A stretch of 64,000 nt of DNA, from the NCBI GenBank assembly GCA_030390025.1, contig CM059425.1:166100001-166164000 (forward strand), written 5' to 3'. Made by a program: the position numbers and the translations under genes. This DNA comes from Squalus acanthias (taxonomy: Eukaryota). The first letter of the stretch is position 1; each line of letters begins with the position of its first letter. Below are positions 35,620-47,481 of this stretch, in pieces. The notes beneath the pieces were generated by a model. It had not been told where the DNA came from. It worked only from the letters and a program-made list of their open reading frames with translations, and did no database searches.

Positions 35620-38600
35620 TCATAGAGTCATAATGGCACAGAAGGAGGCCATTTGGCCCATTGAGTCCGTGCTGGCACTCTGAAGAGCAATCCAGTCAGT
35701 CCCATTCCCCTGCTCTATCCCCATAGCCCTGCAAGTTTATTTCCCTCAAGTGCCCATCCAGTCGCCCCTTGAAAACATTGAGTGTCTCCACTTCCACCAC
35801 TTCCATCGACAGCGAGTTCCAGGTCCTCACCACTCGCTGCGTAAAAAAGTTTTTCCTCACATCCCCCCTGTATCTCTTGCCCAAAACCTTAAATCTGTGT
35901 CCCCTAGTCCTTGTACCATCAACTAGTGGAAACAGCCTTTCCCCGTCTAGCCTATCCAAACCCGTCATAATCTTGAAAACCTCTATCAAATCACCCCTCA
36001 ACCTCCATTGCTCTAATGAAAACAAATCCAGCTTCTCTAACTTGTCCTTGTAGCTAAGATCCCCCATCCCCGGAACCATTCTGGTAAATCTCCTCTGCAC
36101 CCTCTCAAGGGCCTTCATATCCTTCCTAAAGTGTGGTGACCAGAACTGGACGCAATACTCCAGTTGTGGCCTAACCAGCACTTTATAAAGGTTCAGCATA
36201 ACTTCTCTACTTTTGTACTCAATACTATTTATGAAGCCCAAGATCCCATATGCTTTGTTAATTACTCTCTCAATATGTCCCGCTACCTTCAGGGACCTAT
36301 GCACATTAACTCCCAGGTCCCTCTTTCACTCCATACTCTTTAAAACTGTGCCATTATGTGTATATTGCCTCTCCCTGTTCCTTCTGCCAAAATGCATCAC
36401 CTCACACTTCTCTGTATTAAATTCGATCTGCCACTTGTCTGCCCATTCTGCTAGCCTTTCTATGTCCTGTTGCAGTCAACTAGTATCATCCTCACTGATT
36501 GCCACCCCCCCAAGTTTGGTGTCATCGGCAAATTTAGAAATTCTACTCTGTATTCCAATATCCAGGTCATTTATATATATCAAAAAAAGCAGTGGCCCCA
36601 GCACTGACCCCTGGGGAACACCACTGTCTACCATTCTCCAGTCTGAAAAACAGCCATTTACCACAACTCGCTGCTTTCTGTCCTTAAGCCAATTCCTTAT
36701 CCAAGCAGCCACTGACCCACCTATTCCATGAGCCTCAATTTTGTTAACCAGCCTTCCATATGATACTTTGTCAAACGCCTTCCGAAAATCCATGTAGACA
36801 ACATCCCTTCATCAATCCTCCCTGTTACTTCACCAAAAAATTCAGTTAGATTGGTCAAACACGATCTGCCTTTTACAAATCCGTGTTGGCTCTCCTTAAT
36901 TAGCTTAAACCTCTCCAAGTGCCCATTAATTTTTTCCTTGATTATTGTTTCTAAAACTTGACCCACCACTGATGTTAAACTGACCGGCCTGTAGTTATTA
37001 GGATTGTCCTTTCACCCTTTCTTGAACAATGGTGTCACATTTGCCACTTTCCAATCCTCAGGCACCTCCCCCGCATCTAGGGAAGATTGGAAAATTATGG
37101 CAAGCCCTTCTGCTATCTCCTCCCCCAATTCCCTTAGCAACCTGGGATGCAAGCCATCTGGACCAGGTGACTTATCCACGCAAAGCATACCCAGCCTTTC
37201 TAGTACATCCTGTCTATCAATTTTCACCCCTTCTATTGCTTCTATCTTTTCCACTTCTACTGATATTTTGTCAGCATCCACCTCCTTAGTAAACACCGAT
37301 ACAAAGTACTCATTAAGTATTCTAGCCTTGCCCTGCGCTTCTAAGCATATATCACCTTCTTTGTCTCTAATAGGCCCCACCATGCCTCTTACTACCTGCT
37401 TACTGTTTACATGCTGGTAGAAGATTTTTGGGTTCCCTTTTATGTTAACCGCCATTCTACTCTCATATTCACTCTTTGCCAATCTTATTTTCATCTTCAC
37501 TTCCCCTCTCAACTTATTGTATTTAGTCTGGTTCTCCCTTGAAGAATTCACCTGACATTCATCATACACCCTCTTTTTTTGTTTCATCATCTTCTCTATC
37601 TGCCTCGTCATCCAAGGAGCCCTTGCTTTGGTTCCCCTTACTCTTCCCTCTTGTTGGAATGTACCTAGCCTGTACTTGGAACATCTCCTCCTTAAAGTTC
37701 ACCCATTGTTCCGTTACAGTTTTTCCTGTCAGTCTTTGGTTCCATTTTACCCTGGCTCAATCATTTTGCATCCCATTGAAGTTAGCCCTATTCCAGTTTA
37801 GAAGTTCTACTCTAGATTGTTCCTTGCTCCTCTCCATTGCTAATCTAAATCTTATGATACGATGATCACTCATACCCAAGTGTTCTCCCACAGACACTTG
37901 GTCAACCTGGCCCACCTCATTCCCCAGCACCAGATCCAGCAATGCCTCCTTCCTAGTTGGGCGAAGAACATACTGGTCAAGGAAATTCTCCTGAACACAT
38001 TTCAGAAATTCCTCCCCCTCCTTTCCCTTTACCCTAGCATTATCCCAATCGATATTTGGGTAATTAAAGTCCCCCAATATCACCATAAGAACATAAGATA
38101 AGAACATAAGAAATAGGAGCAGCAGTAGGCCAATTGGCCCCTCGAGCCTGCTCCGCCATTCAATAAGATCATGGCTGATCTGATCCTAACCACCAATCTA
38201 CTATCACAGAACCATCTCCTGAACCTAACAGAATTGGACACACGAAATAGGAGCAGGATCAGGCTACACGGCCCCTGGGCCCGCTGCGCTACCCACAGGG
38301 CCATGACCAATCCGAACCTAGACTCATGTCCAAATTCCTGCCCGCTCCCCGTAACCCTTAATTCCCTTTACTTCTAGGAAACTGTCTATTTCTGTTTTAA
38401 GCCACTCTATAGCTCTTGCATATCTCTGCGATTTCCCTGCAGATTTGCTCCTCTACCTCCCTCTCACTATTTGGAGGCCTGTAGAATACCCCCAATAGCG
38501 TGATCATACCCTTTTTGCTCCCCAACTCTAACCAAATGGATTCTGTCCTTGTCCCCTCAAGAACATCCTCCCTTTCCAACACTACAATGTCTTCCTTAAT

Positions 38601-39855
38601 CAGCACTGCCACCCCACCTCCCTTTTTTCCTTCCCTATCTTTTCTGAACACCTTGTACCCTTGAATATTAAGTGCCCAGTTCTCAGCGTTTTTAAGCCAC
38701 GTTTTTGTTATTGCCACAACATCATATTGCCACACGGCTAATTGTGCTTGTAGCTCACCAACCTTATTCACCACACTTTGTGCGTTTACGTACATGCATT
38801 CTAAACCCATTTTTGAATTTTTCGTAGTCTTTCTTAGTCTGCTCCTATCTAATATGGTACTACTTCTGCCTCTAGTACTACTTTCTTCTCTACTACTATC
38901 CAACACACTCACTCTTTAATGCACCTTATTCCTCTTTTCTACTCCTATATGCTGGTGCCCATCCCCCTGCCAAGCTAGTTTAAACCCTCCCCAACAGCAC
39001 TAGCAAACCTCCCCACGAGAATATTGGTCCCGGCTCTGTTGAGGTGTAACCCGTCCGGCTTGTACAGGTCCCACTTTCCCCAGAAATGGTCCCAATGCCT
39101 CAGGAATCTAAAGCCCTCCCTCCTGCACCATCTCTCCAGCTACGCATTCATCTGTTCTATCCTCCTATTCCTGTACTCACTAGCACGTGGCACCGGGAGT
39201 AATCTGGAGATTACTGCCTTTGAGGTCCTGCTTTTTAATCTCTTTCCTAGCTCTCTATAGTCTGCCTGCAGGACCTCATCCCTCTTTCTGCCTATGTCGT
39301 TGGACAACGACCTCTGGCTGTTCACCCTCCCCGCTCAGAATGTCCGGCAGCCGCTCAGTGACATCCTTGACCCTGGCACCAGGGAGGCAACATACCATCC
39401 TGGAGTCACATCTGCATCCAGAGCAACGCCTATCTGTTCCCCTAACCAATGAATCCCCTATCACTATTTCTCTTCCACTCTTCTTCCTCACCCCTGTGCA
39501 GCTGAGCCACCCGTGGTGCTGTGGCCTTGGCTCTGGCTGCTCTCCCCAGAGGAACCATCACCCCCACTAGTTTCCAGAACTGTGAACCGGTTGGCGAGCG
39601 AGATGCACTCTGGGGATTCCTGCCCTACCTGGCTGGTCCTCCTTCTCTGTCTGGCGGTCACCCATTCCCTCTCTGCCTGCACATTCTGAGGCTGCGGGGT
39701 GACCACTTCTAGAAACGTTCTTTCCAAGTATTTCTCAGTCTCGCGGATGCACTGTAGTGACTCCAGCTGCCGCTCAAGCTCCGAAATCCGGAGCTCGAGT
39801 TGCTGCAGTTGGCGACACTTCCCGCACAGGAGGTCGTCCAGGCCGCAAGAAGTCA
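35620..39855 (-). mobile_element. Near full-length CR1 LINE, disrupted
   Basis: ORF1 LCGKCRQL, IVIGDSLVRG, CCLPGARVKD; endonuclease [58 protein letters not shown]. Confidence 0.95.
38086..38400 (-). mobile_element. Nested CR1 3' fragment inside the endonuclease region of the 35620-39855 CR1
   Basis: (ATAAGAAC)n tail and CR1 3' UTR interrupt the host reading SYRV|VILGDFN. Confidence 0.85.
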
Positions 39856-39993
39856 TTAATAACGTCACTTTCCATGAAACCTCATTTATTTTGATGGAAC
39901 ATTCCAGAAGTCAATGTAAGAACACAAAACTATGAAAATGAATTAATTCTTTTGTTCTCGACTATGTACAAAAAAAGCCAATTAAAATACGAT

Positions 39994-40604
39994 GGGCCTG
40001 AAAATCCTGGTGGATCGGTGATGCAAGTCTTGCATTAGAGACTCACAGGGATGGCAATTTGGGCTGTGTCCAGAAATTCCAGGTCTTCTCCCATAAGACT
40101 AGAGGCAGGAAATTTGTGTTGGGGCCTGGGGTGAGCGGAACTTCTGTTTGCGCCAAACATGGCTCCTGATGACACAGGAGATGGAGCCAATGGGAGGGCT
40201 TTCCCATGTAGAGAAGTTCCTCGGCTCCAGCCTCCATTGTGCCCAGTGATTTGGATGCCAGGAACAACTCTGCATACAGCTCACTGTATGGGTAGAAGTG
40301 GGGCCCACCTAGGTCTCCAGGCTAGGGTTATGGCATCCTGCAACTTTAATATTTGGGCTAGCCTTCTTATCCAGGGATCAATCAGCTTGGCTGCTTGCAT
40401 TTCAGGGGGACTGCCAGCAACGCCCCCAATTGGTCAATGGCGCTGTCTCCCCCCTCTAGCAGGTCCCCAAGATGTGTGCCTGCTGAAGATATGTTAATGA
40501 GATGACCACCACCTTGATCTCAGATACTCTGATGGATTCAAGAGTAGAAGTCAGCAGTGCTGCACTTATGCTGGCAGAGCAGGGCTGAGGATTTTCGGGG
40601 CCCC
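39994..40604. mobile_element. Harbinger-type MITE
   Basis: Imperfect TIRs GGGCCTGAAAATCC / GGATTTTCGGGGCCC. Confidence 0.7.
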
Positions 40605-40931
40605 TATCATAAACAAGTGAAAATGCGGTGGTATTAAGTTTTATTTTTGTTATTAGCTCACATACGTAACATATAAAATCAATCTATTTTCTATCAGTCA
40701 TTTATAATTAGCCTTCCCAAAATCTCTCCCAAATAGACCAACTAGATGCACAGAAAGTGGGATATCAACAATATCTCTACATGACTGGAAATAGAGTGAA
40801 AGAGAATGCAATTCCTTTCGTTGTACTTTCATTTCCCCCTAACATCAGCAGCTGTTTTTATTCGACAACTTTTGTACACCCTTGATATGCCAGATCTATA
40901 AAATACACAAAATAAGTTTAAAATGTTTTGT

Positions 40932-41456
40932 GGGGTAAAAATTGATTGTGGCCCGTTTTTGGGCGCCCCGAACCGGGAAGCTTGAAGTTGGGCCAAAATT
41001 GGGCCTCAGGCCTCATTTACATTATTCGGGCGAGCTGCCGCCACCTGTCACACAACCACAGGCGGCTTGCTCATTTTAAATAGATGAATGTTAGGTTGCT
41101 TGCTTTGTAGGGGAAGGGCCGATCGAGAGTAATGTGGAGTCGGGGGAGCACTCCTACTCCTGGCTGCACAGCAATGTTTTTTGAAAATCTTTGTTAATAA
41201 AATGATCTTTTGTTGGCGCAGCGGCTGCAGAAGAATCCTGAGGAAAGCCAGCCTGGCGGCTGCTCCGCTCATCACAACCCAATATCTGTAAGGCAGCCTA
41301 AAACAGACAATCGGCTCCTCATTTACATATGTAAGGGGCCGAACACCTGTTCTCATTTGCCATTATGGATGCCTGAAAAATAACCCGATCCAATATCGGG
41401 TTAGACGTCTTTCAGGCATCTTTGGGGCGCTGGACTTTGGTCCCTGAAATTGGCCC
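40932..41456. mobile_element. Harbinger-type MITE
   Basis: Termini GGGGTAAAAATT / AAATTGGCCC around a CpG-richer interior. Confidence 0.6.
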
Positions 41457-41849
41457 TCGTGTGCTCGTTTTGCATTTGTAAAACAGGTGCAATAAGTTAC
41501 GAAATCTACCCTCATATCTTTCTATTTGGCATGTTACTTCTTTCTCTTCTCTTATGTGTATACATTTACATATGGACACATTTGCAAAAGAGTCAGCAGG
41601 ACTCCATACAGATAAGTCTTAAAAGGCATCGTACATAATGCATTAAAGATTTCTGCATATATAATAAGCCCAAGTTATTTTGGGACAAAAGTGATGTTGT
41701 TTTGACGCATGGGATTGGAAGTTGGGGTGTAAGTCCGTTACACCTGTTTGAAAATACACACTAAATTCCAGTAGAAATGGTTGCTGGCAAAAGATTTGCC
41801 TGCCGCTAAAGTGCTACACATATCAAAATGACAGGATAATGAGGACAAA

Positions 41850-42947
41850 ATTTGCTGACCCAGAAATTCTGCCATTTACATCAGAATTGCACCTGTTTTA
41901 AGTTAAGCTTGTAGAAAAGAGAGATAAGTTACCTGCATGACTTGTCAAACCAGGAAGTGGTTGAATGTCCACAAACTGTCAGAAACATCAGCTTTGACTG
42001 AAGCGATTAGAAAAATATTTTCAGTTTTGCTACTCAGAAAGCACTCTGCAAGCTGCCGATCAGCAGCTTCAGACATGGAAATCTTTTGCTCCCCACCCTT
42101 CTGTCACAGAGTCCTTAACATGGGTTCACCATGTATTTCCATGTATATCCTTACAATGGAGACAAGACAGGAGCAAGAGGAAGAGGAAATGACAGAGGCA
42201 TGCAAGATAAGGCTGTACCAATGGAGAAGACCACCTAGGAGTAACATTCCACTTGACACTACAGACCTCTCTTGATGATATTGTAGAAGAGGTTTGCTTA
42301 AGGAGGCAATAGTTCAGTAAGGAGGTATAGAAAAATCTTGTCTCCTGTTGCAAATTAACCTTCAAACATCCTCTCAAACAGGAAGAAACAAAGAACAGAC
42401 TTACTTAATTCCAGTGGTTTTACGGTACACATGTATATTTACAGCCACCTCCCTCCACAAAGTACGTACTACGTTCTTGGTAGGTCTTCAGCCCCCGATC
42501 TGAGACAGCCCATCCCTTATGCACTGTCTCCCCATTATGAAGACCTGTAGGTCTGGTTCAGTAAACTTTGCCGCTTGATTCTTTGATCAGGTTGCCATCC
42601 TTTTCACCTAGGTTGCCTGCTTCCTCCTGTTACCCTTTAAGCAGCAGCAGGTCTGAGCCTTTCATGCAGTCTCCATCCTTCTAGGTACTTTTTGTACGCC
42701 CCCCTTCCCATTGCCAGCCATTCATGTCCTATGTGGAGCCTAAACACCAACTCTGCAGGAGTTTTCTAGCCATCCCCCACCCCCGCTTGCATGAGGGTTT
42801 TCTGTCTGTATTTAGACACACTGCACACCCCTGCATATTTAAATTAGCTACTCTACAGTTTACTATAGGTCAATACAGCAACCTCAAGGTGAGTCCTGCC
42901 GTACCTCAGTTCTGGCAACACAATGGTGCCGTTTAAATTTTGGGCCC
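41850..42947 (+). mobile_element. Highly decayed Harbinger element
   Basis: Right terminus aaattttgggccc. Near 42255-42315, HYRP...EEVCLRR resembles the N-terminus of HARBI1-like nucleases. Confidence 0.45.
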
Positions 42948-43344
42948 AGTGTCTTTAGAAAATAGATCATATTTTTCAGCTGATACCTTCATCAAGTATC
43001 ATAATCTATGGTGGTGGCAATGAAAGATACAAACTTTAATAGGCTCACCACCACCTTCTCAGGCGTAAATAGGGTTGGGCAATAAAGCTGGCCTTGCCAG
43101 TGATGCCCACATCCCATGAATGAATTAAATAAAACTCATAGGGGAATGCTCAGACATTTTTAAATAGCCAAAAAAACTATGGGCGCCAAATTCCTGGGTT
43201 GGGAGAGTGCATGAGTCTGATTGCTACTGAGGAGGGTTGCCTGGAATATGGGCTGGAACATGGTTCCACCATGATTCCACTCTGTTTTCCATGTTCCTTT
43301 ATGTCCTTGAACAACCTCAGTGGTTCTCACACTAGTTGAGACCT

Positions 43345-44296
43345 AGGACTGAATTTTAATGGGGAAGGCGGGTTGGGAGCATGTGAGGGAGGGCTCCGAA
43401 GCGGTCGGGAAACCCGGGAGAATGGATTTCCCACAGGCCCTGCCGAAATTAATGGCAAGGCCTAATTTGCTTTAATTCTCACCCATAGCTAGTCAGCTTG
43501 AGATGCTGGCTGGCTGCGGGTGGGTAGGCCTGTGGCACTAGGCTTCAGAGAGGAGGTAGGGATCATGTGGGGGCTGGGGGGCGGCTGGAGGAGCACGGGG
43601 AGGGCCAGAGGAGGGGGGAGGGTGGGTCGGGTGAGAATTGGGGACCGGGACCAGCATGGGGGGGGGGGGGGGGGTCGTATGAGGATCGGGAGCCGGGTCC
43701 AGCACGGAGTGGGGGGGGGAGTTAAGGAACGATTGTGCCGGAGGAGCACGGGAAGGACCGGAGGAGCAGTGGCGGCGGGGTGGGGTGGGGGTCAGCAATG
43801 ATTGAGGGCCGGAGGAGCAGATCGGCAGCTGGAGGAGCAGATTGGGGGCCGGAGGAGCATGGGGTGTTGGGGCGGTGGGGGGGAGACACACGAGATTGGA
43901 GGCCTAGGGAGGATCGGAGGCTTTGTGGGGATTCTCCTATCATGGGGGGGGGGGTATTAGGTAGGGATGCTGGATTCAGGAGGCAAGTATAAAGGCACTT
44001 ACCTCCTGGATCCAGTAGTCCTCGTCTTGCATTAGCTGGCAGGTTTCATGTGGCGTGCAAAACCCGACCAGCTAAAGTTAAGTTCAAAATGGAGGTTAAA
44101 GCAGAGGCTTACAACCTCATTATAATATTTAAATAGATGACCCGCCTCCTGGGAGCGGTTTGGCTGCCCGCCCCCGCTTCCCCGTCCCGCCTCCGTTAAA
44201 ACTGGAAGTGGGCGGGTTGGAGGCTGGTCGGGATTCAAATTTTTAACTTCCCATATGACTCCAACCCACCCGTTTTTTAGGTTAAAATTCCCCCCT
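43345..44296. mobile_element. Harbinger-type MITE with G-rich core
   Basis: Termini GGACTGAATTTT / AAAATTCCCCC with CTAG at both junctions (3-bp TSD CTA or TAG). Same family as 6345-6958. Confidence 0.8.
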
Positions 44297-44679
44297 AGTG
44301 TGAGTCACTTTGAGACTTTCTGAATGTCTTAAAACTTTACTAGAATGAGAGGCGCAGATTTACCAAAATAAAATTCTTTAGCTCATTGGGGCCTTTTGGA
44401 GCTTCATGCAGAGTGGCAAGGTGCTGCTCTGACTTACAAGGGCAGATGAGATTGGGTTTGTTCAAATTTTGTTTCAGAGCATTCCTGTGAAGCGCCTTGG
44501 GACAGTTAACTACATTAAAGTCGCTATATAAATGCAAATTGATGTTGTTGAATGACTAGCTGCACAAGTCTTCCTTCAAACTGCAATATGTTTAGGGATT
44601 CACTAACTCTGTAACTTACAGGAGGTGTTTCCAACTCCCCTAAAAATCTTCTTGTAGAACCTTACCCTTTCTCTACTTT

Positions 44680-45700
44680 AACAAGGTGCTACCATCAGGT
44701 AGACGACCAGATCCAGGGCCCTGTGCAATGGTGACAGCTGGAATATACCAGCATGAGGCTGCCATTTCTCGGGACAGCAGCACATGCCAAAGATCTGGCC
44801 TTCCTGCTCAGAGCACCATGCAAGTTTCAAGTAGGAGATGCCAGATACCCACAGAGATATTCAACAGATGTAGACTGCAGCAGCTCCTTCCCAGGACAAA
44901 GCTCCCATTTGAACCATAGGAGAAGCCAACCACTTCTTGCTATACTGGCCATCAGGTTACACATAGAACAGGAGAAAGAAAGACATGTTTAGTCACACAG
45001 GGCAAACAAGGTGTGAGGAAAGAGTAGAATGGCTTATGTTCACTTTCAAATTGTTTGTAATAAGAGGGAAGGTGCACTTATTCCATGCTCACTTATTAAT
45101 GAAGATTATCAAAACTGGCATAATATTGTAGAGCCAAAGAGGTTTGATCTGCTTTAAGGTTCTAGGATGGCTACTACATTGAAGGAATTGGAATTTGTGT
45201 GAAGAATGGGAAAATTAAGTAAAGGCAATGGTTGCAAAGGGAGAATGTTAAACAGATGAGAACATTTCATTGATAAGTTCAGTTCTGATGCTCCTTGCAG
45301 CTATCACTGAGGAGACCTCAGAGTGATGGTCTATGATGCTTCACTCCATGAACTTCTGCCGCCAAAGTGGCTAGGGCCAGTTCCCCAGTAATCTCAGAGT
45401 TCAAGCCTCTTTGGACTGCAAAATTGTGGAGGGCATAGCAAGCTATGGAACATTTGCAGAACCCCTTTAAATCTGTCAAGATAACAAAATTGCTCCTTTA
45501 AGACCATTATCGTTCTCTCAAATATGACTCTTGCATGTACCTCATTGTGGCAGTCCTCAACTTCTGTTCTTGCAATTCACAGAGGGCTCATGATCCATGG
45601 CAGCAAGGTGTACCTTTTGTTGTCCACAGCCATCCAGTTACTTCAGATTCTTCTTTGAATAGATCAGGGAGGGCAGCATTTCTTAAGACAAAAAATCATG
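44680..45700 (+). mobile_element. Decayed Harbinger coding remnants
   Basis: IVAVLNFCSCNSQ (about 45544-45582) resembles the recalled V-x-VALNF-x-SGSFQ motif of HARBI1-like nucleases. Weak. Confidence 0.3.
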
Positions 45701-45793
45701 GAAAACTCCAGGAGGTTCAGCATTACCATGCAGAATTCTTTGCATTTTGGTCACAAACAGTACATTCAATGAGTAGAAAGTTTATGGAGTTTA

Positions 45794-47392
45794 CATAGGA
45801 TGACATAGAATTACATAGGATATACAGCACAGAAACAGGCCATTCGGCCCAACCAGTCCATGCTGGCGTTTATGCTCCACTCGAGCCTCCTCCTGTCTTT
45901 CTCATCTAAATGTATCAGCATAACCCTCAATTCCCTTTTCCCTCATATGCTTGTCTAGCCTCCCCTTAAATGCATCTATACTGTTCACTTCAACCACTCC
46001 CTGTGGTAGCGAGTTCCACATTCTCACCACTCTTTGGGTAAAGAAGTTTCTTCTGAATTCCCTATTGGATTTCTTGGTGACTATCTTATATTGATGGCCT
46101 CTAGTTATGCTCTTCCCCACAAGTGGAAACATTCTCTCTGTATCCACTCTATCAAAACCTTTCATAATTTTAAAGACCTCTATTAGGTCACCCCTCAGCC
46201 TTCTTTTTTCAAGAGAAAAGAGACCCAGCCTGTTCATTCTTTCCTGATATGTATACCCTCGCATTTCTGGTATCATCCTTGTAAATCTTCTCTGCATCCT
46301 CTCCAGTGCCTCTATATCCTTTTTATAATATGGCGACCAGAACTGCACGCAATACTCTAAGTGGGGTCTAATCAGGATTCGATACAGGTTTAGCATAACT
46401 TCCCTACATTTCAATTCTATACCTCTAAAAATAAACCCTAGTGCTTGGTTTGCTTTTTTTATGGCCTTGTTAACCTGTGGTGCAACTTTTAGTGATTTGT
46501 GTATTTGTACTCCCTTTGTTCCTCTACCCCATCTAGACTCGCACCCTCCAAGTAATAAGTGACCTCCCTATTCTTTCTACTAAAATGTAATACCTCACAT
46601 TTATCTGTGTTGAACTTCATTTGCCAATTATATGCCCATTCTGCAAGTTTATTAATGTCCTCCTGTAATTTGTTGCAGTCCTCCTCAGTATTGACTATCT
46701 CCCCCAATTTGGTGTCATCCGCAAATTTAGAAATTGTGTTTTTGATTCCAAAGTCTAAATCGTTAATGTAAATTGTGAACAGCAGTGGTCCCAGCACTGA
46801 TCCTTGTGGAACACCACTACCCACCTTCTGCCACTGTGAATAGCTATCCTTTACTCCTACTCTTTGCTTTCTGTCATGAAGCCAGCCAGCAATCCATTCT
46901 GCTACTTGTCCCCTGACTCCACATTCTCTGACCTTGTTCATCAGTCTATTATGGGATAACTTATTGAAGGTAAATCCAGATAAATTACATCTACTGCATT
47001 AGCATTGTCTGCTCTCTCTGTTACCTCTTCAAAAAATTCAGTAAGTTTGGTCAAGCAAGAATTTCCCTTTTGAAATCCATGCTAACTATTCATTATTATA
47101 TTTTTGGTTTCTAGATGTTTTCTATTTTCTCCTTTAGTAGGGATTCCATTATTTTTCTGACCACCGATGTTAAGCTGACTGGTCTATAATTCCCTGGACA
47201 TGTTCTATCCCCCTTCTTAAATATCGGTATTACGTTAGCTATCCGCCAGTCCTCTGGCACTATACCTTTTTCTAACGAATTATTAAACATGCGTAGTAAT
47301 GCCTCTGCTATCTCTTCCCTAGATTCTTTTAAAATGCGTGGATGCAATCCATCTGGACCAGGGGTTTTATCCTCTTTGAGTTTGATTAGTTT
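45794..47392 (-). mobile_element. CR1 LINE, 5'-truncated; same subfamily as 16390-20590
   Basis: Nearly identical translation to the + copy (HPRILKESREEIAEALLR..., RGYTYQERMNRLGLFSL). Confidence 0.95.
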
Positions 47393-47481
47393 AGGGAGTT
47401 TACTGCAGGAGCGTGTAATGCCACGTGAGTGCCATCTATTGCACCCTGCACTTTGCACCCAGAAACTTGATAAAACTCTGT

